A DNA stretch of 64,000 bases from Candidatus Poribacteria bacterium (GTDB lineage: Bacteria > Poribacteria > WGA-4E > PCPOR2b), in NCBI GenBank assembly GCA_965208675.1, contig OZ242351.1, positions 2,176,001-2,240,000 of the forward strand, read 5' to 3'. A program made the position numbers and the translations under genes. The notes under the pieces are model-generated. The model was given only the letters and a program-made list of their open reading frames with translations. It made no database searches and was not told the DNA's origin. Below are positions 60,959 to 64,000 of the stretch, in pieces. How positions within the stretch are numbered: position 1 is the first letter of the stretch; each line of letters starts with the position of its first letter.

Positions 60959-61734
60959 TGCGAAGAACACATCCCAAATCTAAAACACTCATAGATGAAA
61001 ACCCGTTCGGTCTTTCATTGGGAGATTTGATGGCAGGGCTGCTGCTTATCTTCGTGCTTCTGCTCTCTTTCGTTATGCTGCGGCTCGAAAACCTGATGGC
61101 AGAAAAACGACATCAATTAGAACAACTCGACGACCGGGAGCGGGTTAAGAGATTGCTTATCAGCCGTCTCCTTAAAGAACTTTCTGATTTTGATGTCGAA
61201 GTCGATCCGGACACAGGGGTAATTCGCATTATGGAAGGTATCTTATTTGATTTTGGCAAAGATGAACTGAAGCAGGAGGGTAAAGCATTTCTTCGTCAGT
61301 TTATTCCCAAATATGTTTCGGTCCTGCTTTCCGAGCCTAATGTTAGTGAGCATATCGCACAGGTGATTATCGAAGGACACACTGACAATGTCGGCAGTTG
61401 GGAACTCAATCTTGAATTGAGCCTACGCAGGGCGAACAGTGTGGCGGCGTATCTATTTGCGGACGAGTTCGGCACATTTCGTCATGCAGATGCGTTAAAA
61501 AAATTATTGTCCGCAAACGGACGGAGTTTTGCTCAACCAATTGTGACTGAAGGCACCGAGGCAGCGCGTGCCCAAAACCGAGGACATACCCTGAGGGACT
61601 GGGTGGACACGTATAATGAAACCGAAGAAGCACGTGCTCAAAACCGCCGTGTTGAATTTCAATTTCGATTGAGGGATTGGGATCTGGTCTTGCCCAAAGC
61701 TAAGAAATTATTGGAGGTAGAGACTGGGTTATAA
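60958..61734 (+). CDS. zorB: Zorya protein ZorB (MotB/OmpA-like)
   Basis: SLGDLMAGLLLIF TM with the conserved Asp; IIEGHTD, NLELSLRRA and NRRVEF motifs. Confidence 0.9.
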   Translation: MRRTHPKSKTLIDENPFGLSLGDLMAGLLLIFVLLLSFVMLRLENLMAEKRHQLEQLDDRERVKRLLISRLLKELSDFDVEVDPDTGVIRIMEGILFDFGKDELKQEGKAFLRQFIPKYVSVLLSEPNVSEHIAQVIIEGHTDNVGSWELNLELSLRRANSVAAYLFADEFGTFRHADALKKLLSANGRSFAQPIVTEGTEAARAQNRGHTLRDWVDTYNETEEARAQNRRVEFQFRLRDWDLVLPKAKKLLEVETGL

Positions 61735-61767
61735 TCTCATCGAAAAAGAAGACCGAAGGAGGTTAGC

Positions 61768-63165
61768 TTGAAATCCACCAGTGAAATAGTCGGTTTTGTT
61801 GGCTTTGACGCGAACGCATTTGCCCGCCGTGCGCCACAGTCAATTAAAATTAGACAACAGACGCATGACATTCTGAACGAAATTATGCGGAAGCACGGTG
61901 GTGCCGAGCATCAGCCGCCCAATAGAGAGGATCTCCGCCAAATTTATCGCCTCTTTTTCACCGCCAGCCGCACTGGGAGACTCCGTACAGAATTTGACAC
62001 ACTTAAACGTACCCGACAACTGGCATGGGCGTTGACTTATTCCGAAGGTAAATTATCTCGTATTGTGGACACTTCCCAACTTAACGACGCGCTACAACTG
62101 ATAGAAAACCGTTTTCGCGTCAGCACACTACCGGGCATTTTCAATGCGCTGCTAAAAGCGTGGGACTCACCGAACGCGGAGATGTTACGCGCCTTTGTTA
62201 AAAAGCATCTAACGGTATACAACGGATCCCGAAAATTCGTTCAGAAACTAAAAGCAAATATGGATTGGTACTGCGAAGAGAACAGCGCAACCCAGCTTGC
62301 GCTGAACTTGGTACGTTCAAAGGTGAAGCTGTCGGATGTTTGGTCAGTCCTCGAATTGCCCGATCATGCGCGCAGCTATCCTTACTTCGGTGCGGTAGCT
62401 GAGGCGTATGTTGCACTCAACCGCCCCGCTGGTCGAGAGGCTGTGGCAGATGTCATCGAATTTGTTGCGAAGCACAACAGCGATAAAACGAGCCGCACCG
62501 TTTTGTCCAAACTCATTGAGGGTTTTGGATATGATGTGTCTGAACACTTGCGGCAACCTGTACAATCCTACGTTCTGCGAGAATGGGGTGACCCACGAAT
62601 TGCAGGCGGGGATGTGCGTTGGCGCAATGTCGCCGATGAGGTAAAACAGATTTTTACGAGATGGATTACAAAGGAAGACCTCCGTTTCTTCTTCGATGTT
62701 GTCGCCAAAGCCTGCGACGATCGCAAATTTGCCTATCGAAAAGCCTTTTGGTTGGCGTATCTTGAACGTATTTCCTTTTGTCGTCCGGTATTGCGTCAAA
62801 ACGCTGAATATCTATTTAGAAATGATCCTCAAACCCTTGAATACTACCAAGAAAGACGGCCTGCCACATTGACAGGCGGTAGTAGCTGGCATCACGCTTT
62901 CATCATTAGGATGGGCAATTACACCTTTGTCGAGTTTAGCACAGACGGAGCGTGCTATATCTATGACAATTCTAAGCTACCATTTCGTTTGGACGACTCG
63001 GAGTATACGATGGATACTTGGCGCGAAAATACCTTACGTAATCAGTCGTTGGCAAAATTCCGTGTGATTCACTCGTATTCAGAAAACTACTCTTGGCAAA
63101 ACGAATTAGCATCTTGGATAAACAGAGAGCTTGGGTTTAAGCCGTTGCGAAGCTATCAGTTGTAA
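61768..63165 (+). CDS. zorC: Zorya protein ZorC (EH-signature domain)
   Basis: GDPR...W, DLRFFF, RKAFWLAY and FVEFS..GACY motifs; third gene of the operon. Confidence 0.85.
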   Translation: MKSTSEIVGFVGFDANAFARRAPQSIKIRQQTHDILNEIMRKHGGAEHQPPNREDLRQIYRLFFTASRTGRLRTEFDTLKRTRQLAWALTYSEGKLSRIVDTSQLNDALQLIENRFRVSTLPGIFNALLKAWDSPNAEMLRAFVKKHLTVYNGSRKFVQKLKANMDWYCEENSATQLALNLVRSKVKLSDVWSVLELPDHARSYPYFGAVAEAYVALNRPAGREAVADVIEFVAKHNSDKTSRTVLSKLIEGFGYDVSEHLRQPVQSYVLREWGDPRIAGGDVRWRNVADEVKQIFTRWITKEDLRFFFDVVAKACDDRKFAYRKAFWLAYLERISFCRPVLRQNAEYLFRNDPQTLEYYQERRPATLTGGSSWHHAFIIRMGNYTFVEFSTDGACYIYDNSKLPFRLDDSEYTMDTWRENTLRNQSLAKFRVIHSYSENYSWQNELASWINRELGFKPLRSYQL

Positions 63166-63172
63166 GGTAATT

Positions 63173-64000
63173 ATGATGTTAAACTCATTCCGAAAAGCCA
63201 AATCTCAATCGCCACAATTCAACTGGCAGGAGACACCGACGGGCATTGAATTCTCTCCTCCATTGGATCATTCTTCACCGTCCGAATACGCAGCCAACCT
63301 GCCGCCGGAGGCACACCACGCGCAGGCTCAATGGTTGTTGCTCAAAGAGCTGCTTGATAACGGTCAGGCGGAACCATCGGAAATGGGGATTCGTATCCCG
63401 TCCGAGGAAGTATGTTGTTTGGATTCCGTCGAACAGAGCCTGCTCGGGTTGCCAGATCTATATCCGTTTGATCTTGAAATTCGCTCGCTCGGAACGCTCA
63501 ACGAACCGGAGTTTCGGTACAATTATCAATTCCTGAAACCGGATCGAAAGCCTTTACATCCTAACCGGATTGGTTGCATATTGCGTTTAACGGAGGAATG
63601 GGCGTATCTTCTCACATATGAACAGTTCGTTCTTTTGGAAGGGCTTGATGCATTCAACGGACGAGTAGCAGCGGACAAAAGTTTTCAATCCAATCTCCTC
63701 GAATTTGCAAACATAAAAGGGCTTGCGACGCAGACGGGGACTGAACTAGAACGGTATCTAAATCAAGAAGAAGTGGTCGCACCAAAAACCGTACGCTTAC
63801 GTCTGCGCGAGTCAGGTGATGCTGTTGAGATTATCCCTGACGTAGCCGGGGTTGACAGCACAGAATTTGAAGACGTTTTTGACAAATTTTCGACCCCGGA
63901 GACCACGTACAATCTACCTCAACCTGACGGCGGCCGAACCCGCGTTCTCTTCCAAGAAGAACAGCGAGCGGCTTTGCAAACTGTTAAGCGGTACCGTCGT
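63173..64000 (+). CDS. zorD: Probable ZorD (SNF2 helicase/nuclease), N-terminal part only; runs off the window
   Basis: ATG at 63173, open to the end (276 codons; LLGLPDLYPF...GTLNEPEF...YLLTYEQ); position after zorC. Helicase motifs are not visible in the window. Confidence 0.7.
   Translation, partial: MMLNSFRKAKSQSPQFNWQETPTGIEFSPPLDHSSPSEYAANLPPEAHHAQAQWLLLKELLDNGQAEPSEMGIRIPSEEVCCLDSVEQSLLGLPDLYPFDLEIRSLGTLNEPEFRYNYQFLKPDRKPLHPNRIGCILRLTEEWAYLLTYEQFVLLEGLDAFNGRVAADKSFQSNLLEFANIKGLATQTGTELERYLNQEEVVAPKTVRLRLRESGDAVEIIPDVAGVDSTEFEDVFDKFSTPETTYNLPQPDGGRTRVLFQEEQRAALQTVKRYRR

Noticed and set aside
60958-61734. Flagellar MotB or TolR
   Set aside because: Its partner has a very long tail and is followed by an EH-signature gene, which fits Zorya; no flagellar or tol genes are nearby.

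Overview
Bacterial chromosomal window, most likely from a Candidatus Poribacteria-like organism. This taxonomy is an inference from the secreted WD40 proteins with dockerin and 'PNYPNPFNPETWIPY' C-terminal domains, a giant HEAT lipoprotein and GTAG-type REP repeats. Housekeeping content includes rtcB, thiE, recO, tRNA-Pro(CGG), a CNNM/CorC gene, ybeY, phoH, mqnA, mqnE and purN. Other content includes a SAM hydrolase, sugar-catabolism genes, ABC/TonB/porin transport genes and two paralogous M16C (PreP-like) peptidases. There are several decayed defence or methylase genes and a type I Zorya operon (zorABC plus zorD running off the right edge). The most striking unexplained signal is a ~70-aa protein module found three times as an in-frame insertion in two unrelated proteins: once in a small membrane protein and twice in the HEAT lipoprotein, where removing it restores the HEAT repeat spacing. 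This suggests a mobile or 'parasitic' coding domain. Other items worth checking are a 101-bp tandem operator-like repeat with compensatory palindromes, a REPIN flanked by a ~90-bp gene-end duplication, a likely ATC start codon, a CX5CX2C MqnE, a structured leader before a porin/oxyanion-binding-protein pair, and internal duplications in ZorA and ZorB. All calls were made by eye; no searches were run.
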